From Macrostomum lignano (taxonomy: Eukaryota), in assembly GCA_002269645.1 (NCBI GenBank), contig NIVC01000084.1, forward strand, positions 868,001 through 932,000: DNA of 64,000 nt, in the 5' to 3' direction. The position numbers and the translations under genes were made by a program. Positions within the stretch are counted from its first letter, which is position 1. Every line of letters starts with the position of its first letter. Shown here piece after piece: positions 33,222-45,400 of this stretch. A model generated the notes under the pieces. The model was not told the origin of the DNA and did not search any database. It saw only the letters and a program-made list of their open reading frames with translations.

Positions 33222-33615
33222 GAAGAGAGAGGAGTGGAGAGTGGAGAGCGGAGAGAGGAGAGAGTGGAGAGAGAATGGAGAGGGGAGATAGGAGAGAAAA
33301 GAGACAAGAGAGGGAGAAGGAGACAGATAGGAAGAGAGGAGAGAGGGAGAAGGAGACAGATAGGAAGAGAGGAGAGAGGGAGAAGGAGACAGAGAGGATG
33401 AGAGGAGAGGGAGAAGGAGACAGAGAGGATGAGAGGAGAGGGAGAAGGAGACAGAGAGGATGAGAGGAGAGGGAGAAGGAGACAGAGAGGATGAGAGGAG
33501 AGGGAGAAGGAGACAGAGAGGATGAGAGGAGAGGGAGAAGAAGACAGATAGGATGAGAGGATCGAGAGGGAGAAGGAGACAGAGGAAGAGAGGAGAGAGG
33601 GAGGAGACAGAGAGG
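33222..33615. repeat. GA-rich minisatellite AGAGGGAGAAGGAGACAGAGAGGATGAGAGG (copy 1)
   Basis: About 390 bp here versus about 840 bp at 52440-53278. Confidence 0.93.
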
Positions 33616-35536
33616 AACGAAGAAAGACAATGGATAGTAAAAAAGGGATAGCGGAGCACTGGCAAAGGTGCAGGGGAATCGTTCATCCAAGCAAAGTCAA
33701 TATAAAATATTGCTTTCTGGTGGAAGCTGACCTGTATGGATCGTTTTTGTTTTCAGATCGTTGCAGTGCTATATGTAATTTAATGTGGTATATATTTTAG
33801 CTACCGACAACTGATAAAGGGATATAGCCTGGCTGTCGTCAGATCCATTCAAAATAGGCTTGCACAGATATCGAGTAGAAAAGGTCATTCGAGGTCAGCG
33901 CAATTTTTGACATTTTTTTATTTATAGGGAGAAACCTTATTTAGAACTGACTGGTACACACAACAGATGTTAAAAATCCCATAACGCGAGTATGAACACG
34001 ATCTTGAACTGTATAAATATACTGTAGGCTTAGTCTTTGTTCGCATCTCAACCCCTACAAACTCTCGAAAGCAGCATTACATTTGTGCACGCAGAGTAAT
34101 CATTTGTATAATCTGTAAACATGTGCTTGGTGCTTTAGTAGTGCAATGACAAGTGTGGGGTTCATGAAGCGAGCGTATACTGTAACTACCTATAAAGTCA
34201 AACTTGTTTTCTAGCGAAGGTGAAAATAGACAATTAATTATAGCTCTCGTTATAGCTACCGATTTATTGCATGTAAATAGTGAAAATTATAACAAAACTG
34301 CAACTCGTACAAGCTAGTGGTTTTATACTCTATACAGTAAATTTATAGGGTAAAATTGACGCTTAAAAATGGCTTCTTGAAAATGTAAGGTCAAGTGGCA
34401 GTTTTTTTAATTGCAATTTTAGCTGCATAGAACGTACGATACATGATGTTATATACTGTAGAATTAGCATGAGAACTGAATTTTATTCATCAAAACCCAT
34501 TCCTAAATCGTAATCCTTTTACGGGTTCTCCCCTTGACTAGACATGCAGCTGTGTGATCCGTTTTAGCGACATCGTCCCATCGAGACAGTTCGCATATTT
34601 CGTTAATTGTCTCCTGAGCTGACAGAGGCGCGTCATGCAATACACTGAACTTTGGAGGCATGGCATGTACATGTACGTGGTCAAACTGCATGCATTAACA
34701 ACCCTTTGCGGCCAATTTTCCTGCACACAAGCTAGCCCAAATGAATGTGGTCGCCATATGCGCCACGAGTAGAAATTCGCGGGTGGTAGCGCGCGCAAGA
34801 TTCAGACAATCGATTGAGACGCGCAAATACGCGCGAGCAACATTTCGTGATGTATAGCTTACTGTAGTAGAAGCTATATCACATGATGTATTACATGTAC
34901 TTACGTGAAGTACCCAATACTAGAAATAAAGACACAATAAACAAGCTCGAAATCTTTTATGCCACCAAAAAACTAATACTACTCCAACGATCGAGAACAA
35001 GCTTGTGCAGTCCACATCATTTAAAACGTACAATTCATAATTGAAGCAAAGGTGTTAAGGACCTTTGCTAGGCTTTGCTAGGCTTTTTTCTAATTTTACA
35101 ATGCGTTCTATCCAGAATTTATCTGCGTATAGGCCAATGTCACAGAGGTGCTGATCGATTCGGGGACAGACAAATTTGGCGACAGATTCACCAACGACAA
35201 GCTCAGTGAAGCCAATTCAGCGATAACCTTTTAAATTCGGTGACAGAATAATTCTTTGAAATCTTATTAACTATTTAGTACAATGTTAGAAAATGGAAAT
35301 TAGATTTCTTTTCAATTGAGTTTCGTTTTATCAATTATTTATCCTGTACTTTATTTCAAATGTGCTTTGAAACGGACACCCGAATCGCGATGTCTATTTT
35401 GATCAGAAACAAAGTTACTACTTTATCTATAACCTACAAGTGGATGATGTGTTGCTATTGCTGGTTTGGTCTCTTTTCAAAAGTATTTTTCTAGTTTCTT
35501 TGTAGGCAGGCTCTAGCCTAATTAAAGTTTTGGTAG

Positions 35537-35732
35537 CAGTGGCGTAGGGAGGCGAGGGGGGATCAGGGGAATGTCGGATGTATCCCCCCCGAAAAGCCTG
35601 ACCAAAACTTTTTTGTTGCCCTTTTTCGCTTTACATGCTACCATGTGAGCACTTTTACCTTGGTGTATCCCCCCTGTAGAAAATTCACCTTGGTGTATCC
35701 CCCTCCATAGGAAATTCCTGGCTATGCCCCTG
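35537..35732. mobile_element. 196-bp hAT-type MITE, present only in copy 1
   Basis: Ends CAGTGGCGTAG ... CTATGCCCCTG are imperfect TIRs; 8-bp TSD TTTGGTAG / CTTGGTAG; empty site TTTTGGTAGGAA at about 55582-55593 in copy 2. Confidence 0.88.
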
Positions 35733-36239
35733 CTTGGTAGGAATAGGGACAACTTAGGACATACACAAATTTGGCAAGAAACAAGTTTGGTGACAGAAAT
35801 TTAACATGGACAAATTTGGTCATAAGTCTTTTTAAGTCTGATTTATTAATTGCAGCCAACGCTTTAGATATAGGCCTAAGCTGGCTATCCTGCAGAATCG
35901 TTTGTTAAATTCATTGTATGCACTGTATTTAGCTAGGCCTATTGACATAAACAATCTATGTTGGGGCAGAAGGTCGTCTGCCAGCCATTTTTAATTGGAA
36001 AGCACTATTTGCAATATTTGCAGCTTAGCAGCGTCCCTCTCCTGAAAGCCCCAGAGTTTGTACCTAATTTTGGCCATAGATACATTTTTTGCCAATGACA
36101 TTAGCGCACAAATTCAAAATTGCATAATTGTTAAATAGTTGTTAAATTTAGAAGGATTTATGCAATACACAAACAGACAAACAAACAGACAAACAATGCA
36201 CCACTTTTAGTATTAAGAAGAAGAAGAAGAAGATAGGAA

Positions 36240-36515
36240 GGACTATACATATATAGGTAGGTAGGTACATAGTTTTGATTTTTAGTATATTGGATTTCTG
36301 AAATCTATCTCACATATACACACAGACATTTCATTTTTAGTATATAGGACTATACATATATAGGTAGGTAGGTACATAGTTTTGATTTTTAGTATATTGG
36401 ATTTCTGAAATCTATCTCAGACATACACATAGACATTTCATTTTTAGTATATAGGACTATACATATATAGGTAGGTCTACCTAGGTACATAGTTTTGATT
36501 TTTAGTATATTGGAT
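36240..36515. repeat. 107-bp tandem repeat, about 2.5 units, copy-1 specific
   Basis: GACTATACAT starts at 36241, 36348 and 36455. Confidence 0.9.
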
Positions 36516-37540
36516 ATAGGGAAAGCTCCTTTAGCATGGTATTGACTATTAGCTTATAATTGCAATGGCAAAGATAAAGCCTAAAAAAGAGATTGAGGCA
36601 ATATCCTAGTTTCATGCATTAAATTATTTAGACCCAGAATTTGAAACAAACAAAAGCAAGTTTAGGCTATTCAAGATTTAAAATGAGTCTTATGTCTAAA
36701 CTAAAAGGAGTATTACACAACATAGTAATGTGTCAACCAGTACAAAAAGTTGCTAGAACTCTTTTTTGGTAGAGTCAGCGCCAGAGAAACTTGCTAAGGT
36801 GGGAGTCAAAAAGGTCATCACTGGTGCCATGCTGACTATAAAACTTTGCCTTCAATGGTATTCTTTATGACTGATCTCAAGGTCACAGAGGTCGGCTGAT
36901 GGCCATAAATTGGCAGGAGGTAAGATATTTACAGGCACTCGAGGTTGTCTAGCCATGATTTACACTAAAAATAACGAAAATCAGGTCAAAATAATTTAAC
37001 ATGGGAAACTAGGACATTGCCAATATTGATTGCAGCCTATAGCTATAGGTAGGTATTGCCAAAAACCCCAGGGTCTAGATCATGTAGCAGTGTATGCTAG
37101 AACAAGAATTCTATCTCAGCTAAATGTAATGCCAGTGTATGCCAAAAACAAAAATTTCCCTAAAATATATGCCAAACTGTGTCTTAGTGCATAAATGTAT
37201 ATAATGATAGTGTAGTAAAGTAGATATGCTTTTACACTACTATCAGTTTTATATCTTCAAGTAACTAATGAATCTTTGGTTTCCTGTCTTATTCTTTAAT
37301 TATCTAAGTACTAGGATTAGGGAATACCAGGAACCTGATGGCAGCATTCTACCAGAATTCAAACCAGTTAAAATCCACTAGAGAATAAACATATTAACCA
37401 GTAGCCAACCTGCAGGACACGACTGCAATAGTGTCTAGTCTATTCAATAAGCAATTAGCTAGTAATAGTAAAAATAACCCATAAAAACCTTGATTGACAC
37501 AAGCTGCTTATTAAAATACTTTCAGACTGCTAAACACAGA

Positions 37541-38785
37541 ATGGATCGCTCAGCTCCAGTATTAAGTGCAAATCAGGGCATCGATGATGTAAAAGTGGGC
37601 AGTCTGCCCAGGCTACTAGAAGCTGTCAACTTTGCCGCCGAGAAGCACAAGTGTCAGCGACGCAAAGATCCAGAAGCGACGCCCTACATCAACCATCCAA
37701 TTGGAGTGGCTCGAATTCTCAGCTCCGAAGCTGGTGTGTCGGACACCATCGCTCTTGAGGCAGCAATTCTTCACGACACTGTTGAAGACACCGATACAAG
37801 TTTTGAAGAGCTCGAAGCAGTTTTTGGTCGGCCAGTTGCTCAGGTTGTGCAAGAGTGCAGCGACGATAAACTTCTGCCAGCTGCAGAACGGAAAAGACTC
37901 CAGGTAAAAAAATAAAGTACAAGCAGTTTTATTGTTTGCAATTCAAAGGCTAATTTATAAATCGACAAAACTAATCTAAAAAATTGATAAAAGTAATCTA
38001 AGAAATCGATAAGTTAATCAAAGAAATTGATAAAAGTAATCAAAGAAATCGATAAGTTAATCAAAGAAATTGATAAAAGTAATCTAAGAAATCGATAAGC
38101 CAATCTAAGAAATCGATAAAAACTAATCTAAGAAATCGGTAAAACTAATCTAAGAAATCGATAAAACTAATCATCAAGAAATCGATAAAACTAATCTAAG
38201 AAATCGATAAGTTAATCAAAGAAATTGTTAAAAGTAATCCAAGAAATCGATAAGCCAATATAATAAATCGATAAGCCAATCTAAGAATCGGTAAGTCAAA
38301 CTAAGAAATCGATTAACCAGTCTGAAAAATCGATAAGCCAATCTGAAAAATCGATAAAACTAATCCAAGAAATCAATATGATTCCATAATGTAAGATCCA
38401 TGAAATTGGAGCAAAATTTTTGAGCTGATTAAATTGAGCAATCCATAAGTTGATTTAAAGTTGCGATCTTATGAAAAGAAGCTATTTTTAAATCAGAGAG
38501 TCAAAGCGCCACGTCAAACCTCAAACACAGATCCTGCACGCACCGCACGCGTCCGTACGCGCTAAGCTTGTGAAATCGGCCGACAAGATTTACAATCTGC
38601 GCGATTTGGAACGCGTACACCCTGTTGGTTGGACTCGCGACCGGGTGGACGCCTATTTTCTCTGGTCTGCGCAAGTCTGCCGCGGTCTGCGCGGAGTCAA
38701 CGCCAATCTGGACCGATTGATGGCTGAAATATTTGACAGACACGGCCTCACTAAGGTCTACTTGGCTGTTGAGGACAGCGCTTAA
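37541..38785 (+). CDS. HDDC3: HD-domain (p)ppGpp hydrolase / NADPH phosphatase MESH1, copy 1, 2 exons, 205 aa
   Basis: Exons 37541-37903 (CAG|GTAAAA) and 38531-38785 (CACAG|ATC), phase 0. Motifs QRRKDPEATPYINHPIGVARIL, AAILHDTVEDTDT, SDDKLLPAAERKRLQ and AKLVKSADKIYNLRDL match MESH1. Confidence 0.96.
37965..38375. repeat. About 20-bp AAGAAATCGATAAAACTAATCT-type array in the MESH1 intron (copy 1)
   Basis: Degenerate tandem units. Confidence 0.9.
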
Positions 38786-38884
38786 TGCAAAAGGATTAAG
38801 AGAACTCATTTCTTAGAAAGCAATTTTCGAAGGCTGTGTTGACGCGAAAAAGAAAGAAGTGGTGCTAGAATACGAATCAAATTA

Positions 38885-39531
38885 CGAGGGTGGTCCCAGA
38901 AATGGCGGGAAAAACCGGTACAGACTGTGATATTCGAATTTGATGCAACTTGCGTCATAAGTGGAAGAAAATGCAACGGTTGTTTTGCTTTTTAAATAGG
39001 GTAAAAAAGTCAATTCATTCAAAAGTTATGCCTATAAATAGAACAAGGGGTAGCTATGGGGTAGAGTTACACCAAGTCGAGGGGTCTGCAAAGTCGGTCA
39101 CGCAGCATCGCCATCGCCCTTGACTGATGACTTTTCGATGAAGTCACCCCTCAGCCCGCAGCCTGCAGCTGTTCTGCTTCTTCTTCTGCTATACTCGTAG
39201 ATTAGCTTCTGCTTTTTTCGAGAGCTTATGTACTCTTTTGTTTCTTTTCAGCTTCTTAGTTTGCTTTTGTTTTCGAATCGATTGTGTTCTGACTAAACAT
39301 CAAAAGTTTAGTCTATGGCCAGCATAGTAGGCTCGACTTGGTTTTACTCTTCCCCTTACCCCTTTGTTCTATTTATAGGCATAACTTTTGAATAATTTGA
39401 TATTTTTACCCCATTTAAAAAGCAAAACAACCGTTGGATTTTTTTCTACTTATGACGCAAGTTGCATCAAATTCGAATATCACAGTCAGCCTCTGTACCG
39501 GTTTTTCCCGCTATTTTTGGGCCCACCCTTG
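38885..39531. mobile_element. 647-bp Tc1/mariner-type MITE with about 200-bp TIRs (copy 1)
   Basis: TA|CGAGGGTGG ... CCACCCTTG|TA; long inverted arms (GTGATATTCGAATTTGATGCAACTTGCGTCATAAG and its reverse complement); no transposase ORF. Confidence 0.92.
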
Positions 39532-40176
39532 TAGTTAAAATTAGGCGTCTTCGAAAATATTTCCTAGAAGTTTAATTATTTGTGCTTCTATTTAGGAAGT
39601 TTTTATTCTACTATACTTAGGTTGTAAGTAATTGTTTATAATAGTCTTTATGCAATTCCCGTCTTTTGCCTTTCTAATCTTTGCTCCACCGTCTCTCTTG
39701 TCTTTACATTTTGTTCATTCGTGTCTTAATTTGTTGTTAGTCAGTAGCCTAATGCATAGTTTTGCCATAGTCTTTGTTTTATTAACTGTGATGCCATTAT
39801 TTGCTACAGTGATCTGTTGATGCTATTAATGCTTCGATACAATGCTTTGCACTTTCTTTGTGGATTTTATTTCAGTGAGTTTTTAACGGTGTAACTGAAC
39901 AGCTTTAAATGTAGAATCTAACAGTTTTTATAATTAAACCTTAGCTATATCGGTTTATAGACATTTGCACACGTTTCTATTATTGCAATAGTGTTTGCAG
40001 CTTAATAATCTAACAAAATACATTCGATTTTTAATGTCGAGGAATGTTTAACACGATTAGTAAAAATATATCACTCAAGGACTTCTCAAAAAAAAAGACA
40101 TAAAACCACGTTTCTTGAATAATTTTAGGGGGTAGGTTTTCTTCGAAAAAAAACTACCCTACGGAGATAGAAAATA

Positions 40177-40292
40177 TTCATTTTTTCAGTACAAAAATTG
40201 TTATTGCCTTCGATAGGAGGCAGACCCAATGTTCATCTTTTGATATGCTGTGCCTTTCGAAAGCAATAACAATTTTATGCTGAAAAAATGAA
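40177..40292. other. 116-bp imperfect inverted repeat (hairpin); also at 62796-62911
   Basis: TTCATTTTTTCAG..AAAATTGTTATTGC.TTCGA pairs with TCGAAAGCAATAACAATTTT..CTGAAAAAATGAA. Confidence 0.8.
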
Positions 40293-40899
40293 AACTCGGA
40301 CAAAATTATTATTTTCTGTATCCACTTCGACGCATGGATCCAACTGCAGTGGATGCTAACACCCGGATTTTCTTAGAAATGAGCAGGAGGCCTATAAGTG
40401 TCAGAGGCTACACGAGCTAAACGATTCAGGGGATTGAAAGGGCCTGTCAACTCCTCAAAAACAAAAATTGGACATGGGATACGGCAGTGGAGATAAGAGG
40501 GGTGTCTAAGAAAATTTTGGACGCACTAAGGTACACTACTTATAGTTAGTTGTAGTAGTATCGGCAGCAAAATGAATTTTACTCAATTGTGTGCAAATCT
40601 TCGCATGTTTTTATTATCTATGGGTTAAAATGGCTCTGCAATCTCGACATTCTGGTTCAAAAGTGATCTTCCGTCTAATCAGAAACAGTTCTTGCTATTA
40701 ACTCCAAGAAAAGTTCCAGTTAACAAATACTTTAATTTTCTTATTATAAAATAAGCACAGAGACAGAGATTGCTTAGGGAGAAACGGATGAATGGGCCCG
40801 CAAATTTTATTGGTTTTGACTATGCGCATGAAATTACGAAAATGTGCTTAAGTGGTTTTGCATACTTGCTCGCTGTAAATTAGAATTTAACTGAAAAGA

Positions 40900-41697
40900 G
40901 CGATTGGCTGGCTGACTTAGTGCACCAGAAACAAAACAATACTACAATATGAAATATGCGGTAACACAATGCAACTATTTAGAAATGATTTCCAGGCCAC
41001 ACACAGGTAATCGGAACTAAGTATTGGCTGGCTTACTTAGTACACCATGCTTAGAAACAAAACAATACTACAATATGAAATATGCGGTAACACAATGCAA
41101 CTATTTAGAATTGATTCCCAGGCCACACACAGGTAATCGGAACTAAGTATTGGCTGGCTTACTTAGTACACCATGCTTAGAAACAAAACAATACTACAAT
41201 ATGAAATATGCGGTAACACAATGCAACTATTTAGAATTGATTCCCAGGCCACACACAGGTAATCGGAACAAAGTATTGGCTGGCTTACTTAGTACACCAT
41301 GCTTAGAAACAAAACAATACTACAATATGAAATATGCGGTAACACAATGCAACTATTTAGAAATGATTCCCAGGCCACACACAGGTAATCGGAACAAAGT
41401 ATTGGCTGGCTTACTTAGTACACCATGCTTAGAAACAAAACAATACTACAATATGAAATATGCGGTAACACAATGCAACTATTTAGAAATGATTTCCAGG
41501 CCACACACAGGTAATCGGAACAAAGTATTAGCTGGCTTACTTAGTACACCATGCTTAGAAACAAAACAATACTACAATATGAAATATGCGGTAACACAAT
41601 GCAACTATTTAGAAATGATTCCCAGGCCACACACAGGTAATCGGAACAAAGTATTGGCTGGCTTACTTAGTACACCATGCTTAGAAACAAAACAATA
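40900..41697. repeat. 126-bp satellite, about 6.3 units (copy 1)
   Basis: Period 126 (42-codon repeat in ORF 41150-41698); units nearly identical. Confidence 0.97.
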
Positions 41698-42408
41698 GTT
41701 TTAGAGTAGTTTATTATTAATAGCTGGGTTAAATTTCACTGAATTAAAGTATTTGCCAGAAAGTCAAATAACCAATACACTGTCAGTTTGCTATGGGCCA
41801 CCTATAGTTTTGCCGCCTCCAATGCAGCACCGAACTGTTCCATTGAACTTCAGAGCAGCTATTGTTAGATCTCTGAAATTTTTTATTAAAGGTATAATGA
41901 GTCAGTTGAGGAAGTGTAGACTCCACTACACTTGTCAAATAGTTCTGCAACTTCTCTTTAGCTGGACTTGTTAATTTTTAATCACTTCTGCTTCGAGTTT
42001 CTTTAAAATCATGAATTAGTTTGACAGGAATTTCCTTCTTTACAATAATTCGTAAAAAGCAGCAGTCCAACATAGCATTGTTGACCAAAGATAAAATCAC
42101 TTTCTCCTAATGGGTATACGAGTATGTAGTATTTATGGAGTGCATAACATGCAGCCTGGGGGTGGTGAAGATGCAATTGTTATTGAAAGGCAAGTGCTTT
42201 TAACGAATACTCATATTACATAGTGTCTATCCGGTGAGTTCAATAATGTGCGCCTTCTGAGCTTTTACCGCTAAATACACTGAACTCTCCAGTACAAACT
42301 TTGGCACAATGGTCAGTTGTGTATATGGTTTTAGAGGTTACATGTAGTAGTAGCCTTAAGTAATGATTTCGAAGCGTTCAATAGTAGGCGTACAGCATGG
42401 GACAATGA

Positions 42409-45400
42409 CTATATTCTGTTACGAACTGTCGGGTAATTCTGGGCAGCAAGCTGTAACAATCGTAGAGAGCTGGCCGGTGAATCAAAGATAGCTGAGGGAT
42501 GTCGATAATTTTAAACAGGTAAATCTGTAACGTGCGCATGTGGCGAATTGACAAACGTATTTTAACCGGCTTTGAAAGCATCGAAGAGGGTTCGCATTTG
42601 AATTATTAGCTCTTGCACAGGTGACACGACCGAATACTTGCCTGTTTCCGGAGGAGTAAGCGTTGTGGTGAGATTAAAATACAACATTCCCCTGGTGCCA
42701 CCGCATAGTTCTTTGTCATTGTGTCCACATCGATATGAACAAAATTTGGAGACGCTTATCTCGTTATTCGAAGGTAATTCCGATTTACAGTAGCAGCGGT
42801 CACCATTGGCGATGGCGAAATATTTGTATTTTCCATAGACATCATGCCTCACACACTCGGTAGCGCAAATGAGGTGTGACATATTTTTAGATTTCACTAC
42901 TATTTTAAAATCGTCACCCTCCTCATGGTAGTTGTAGCAGCCAATTAGAGAATCTAAAAGAGTTGAAATCAAATTTATGCGAGGTGAGACCAAGTGCGCA
43001 CACTAATTGGCGTGTGGTTAATACGTGTAAAGGTATGCAGAAATATTCAGCTGCAGAAGATATATGAGAATGAACTTAAATATTAAACTCACTCGGAATA
43101 ACCGGATAGACTTTTGCTCCCTGCCTCTTTTCATCTGAAAGGGCAAAATCGTTGTTCAACGTGATAGACTACAAATACACTTTACGTCATCTCAAACAGA
43201 ATTTCAGGTCATTTGAAAGGAAATGGCATAAAAAGCTGGAAGAACAATTGGCATTTCCAGGAAAACGTCCCGATGGGCAACCGTAGACAGTTGGGGCAAT
43301 TTTTTACTGTTAGATGAATGCCTGCAAGCTGTGAGAATCGAGAGATCTAAATGAATCAAAGATGATTGAGGGCATTTTATATTAGGTAAATAAATAAACG
43401 ACTGAGTATTGGTTTGCATTTGAATCAGCTCCTGCACAGGTGACACGACCGAATACTTGCCTGTTTCCGGAGGAGTAAGCGTTGTGGTGAGATTAAAATA
43501 CAACATTCCCCTGGTGCCACCGCATAGTTCTTTGTCATTGTGTCCACATCGATATGAACAAAATTTGGAGACGCTTATCTCGTTATTCGAAGGTAATTCC
43601 GATTTACAGTAGCAGCGGTCACCATTGGCGATGGCGAAATATTTGTATTTTCCATAGACATCATGCCTCACACACTCGGTAGCGCAAATGAGGTGTGACA
43701 TATTTTTAGATTTCACTACTATTTTAAAATCGTCACCCTCCTCATGGTAGTGGTAGCAGCCAATTAGAGAATCTAAAAGAGTTGAAATCAAATTTATGCG
43801 AGGTGAGACCAAGTGCGCACACAAATACGCGTAAAGGCATGCAGAAATATTCAGCTGCAGAAGATAGATGAGAATGAACTTAAATATTAAACTCACTCGG
43901 AATAACCGGATAGACTTTTGCTCCCTGCCTCTTTTCATCTGAAAGGGCAAAATCGTTGTTCAACGTGATAGACTACAAATACACTTTACGTCATCTCAAA
44001 CAGAATTTCAGGTCATTTGAAAGGAAATGGCATAAAAAGCTGGAAGAACAATTGGCATTTCCAGGAAAACGTCCCGATGGGCAACCGTAGACAGTTGGGG
44101 CAATTTTTTACTGTTAGATGAATGCCTGCAAGCTGTGAGAATCGAGAGATCTAAATGAATCAAAGATGATTGAGGGCATTTTATATTAGGTAAATAAATA
44201 AACGACTGAGTATTGGTTTGCATTTGAATCAGCTCCTGCACAGGTGACACGACCGAATACTTGCCTGTTTCCGGAGGAGTAAGCGTTGTGGTGAGATTAA
44301 AATACAACATTCCAATGCTGCCACCGCATGGTTCCTTGTCATTTTGTTGACATCGAAATGAACAATATTTGAGGACGCTTATCTCGTTAATCGCAGGTAA
44401 TTTCGATTTACAGAAGCAGCGGTCACCATTGGCGATGGCGAAATATTTGAGTTTTCCATAGCCGTCACGACTCACACACTTGGTAGCGCAAATGAGGTGT
44501 GACATCTTTTTTGATTTTATTACTGCATAAAAATCGTCACCCTCCGCATAGTAGTGGTAGCAGCCAATTAGAGAATCTAAAAGAGTTGAAATCCAATTTA
44601 TGGGAGGTGCAGGAGACCAAATTGGCGCGTGGTTAATACGCGTAAAGGCATGCAGAAATATTCAGCTGCTGAAGATAGATGAGAATGAACTTAAATATTA
44701 AACTCACTCGGAATAACCGGATAGACTTTTGCTCCCTGCCTCTTTTCATCTGAAAGGGCAAAATCGTTGTTCAACGTGATAGACTACAAATACACTTTAC
44801 GTCATCTCAAACAGATTTTCAGGTCATTTGAAAGGAAATGGCATAAAAAGCTGGAAGAACAATTGGCATTTCCAGGAAAACGTCCCCATGGGCAACCGTA
44901 GACAGTTGGGGCAATTTTTTACTGTTAGGTGAATGCCTGCAAGCTGTGAGAATCGAGAGATCTAAATGAATCAAAGATGGTTGAGGGCATTTTATATTCT
45001 TAGAGAATATCAGACAAATAAATCCTGAACATTAGGTAAATAAATAAACGACTGAGTATTGGTTTGCATTTGAATCAGCCCTTGCACAGGTGATACCACC
45101 GAATACTTGCCTGTTTCTGGAGGAGTAAGCGTTGTGTCCAGATTAAAATACAAAATTCCAATGCCGCCACCGCAGAATTGCTTGTCATTTTGTTGACATC
45201 GGTATGAACAATAGCTCATGGGGATGCTTATCCCGGTCAACGAAGAAAATCCCGATTTACAGAAGCAGCGGTCACCATTGGCGATGCCGAAATATATGTA
45301 TTTTCCGTTGACATTACGCCTCACACACTCGGTAGCGCAAATGAGGTGTGACATATTTTTAGATTCTAGCACTGGTGTTCGAAAACCTTCAATCGTCTTC

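Larger units (their letters stand above)
30330..41697 (+). repeat. Segmental duplication, copy 1
   Basis: Homology to 49630 onward starts at AACATCGTTGGAACATT; the offset grows from 19,300 to 22,622 through indels. Confidence 0.97.

Noticed and set aside
41150-41698. 182-aa protein with 42-aa repeats
   Set aside because: It coincides exactly with the 126-bp satellite, neighbouring units carry an in-frame stop, it starts at TTG, and no splice context was found.
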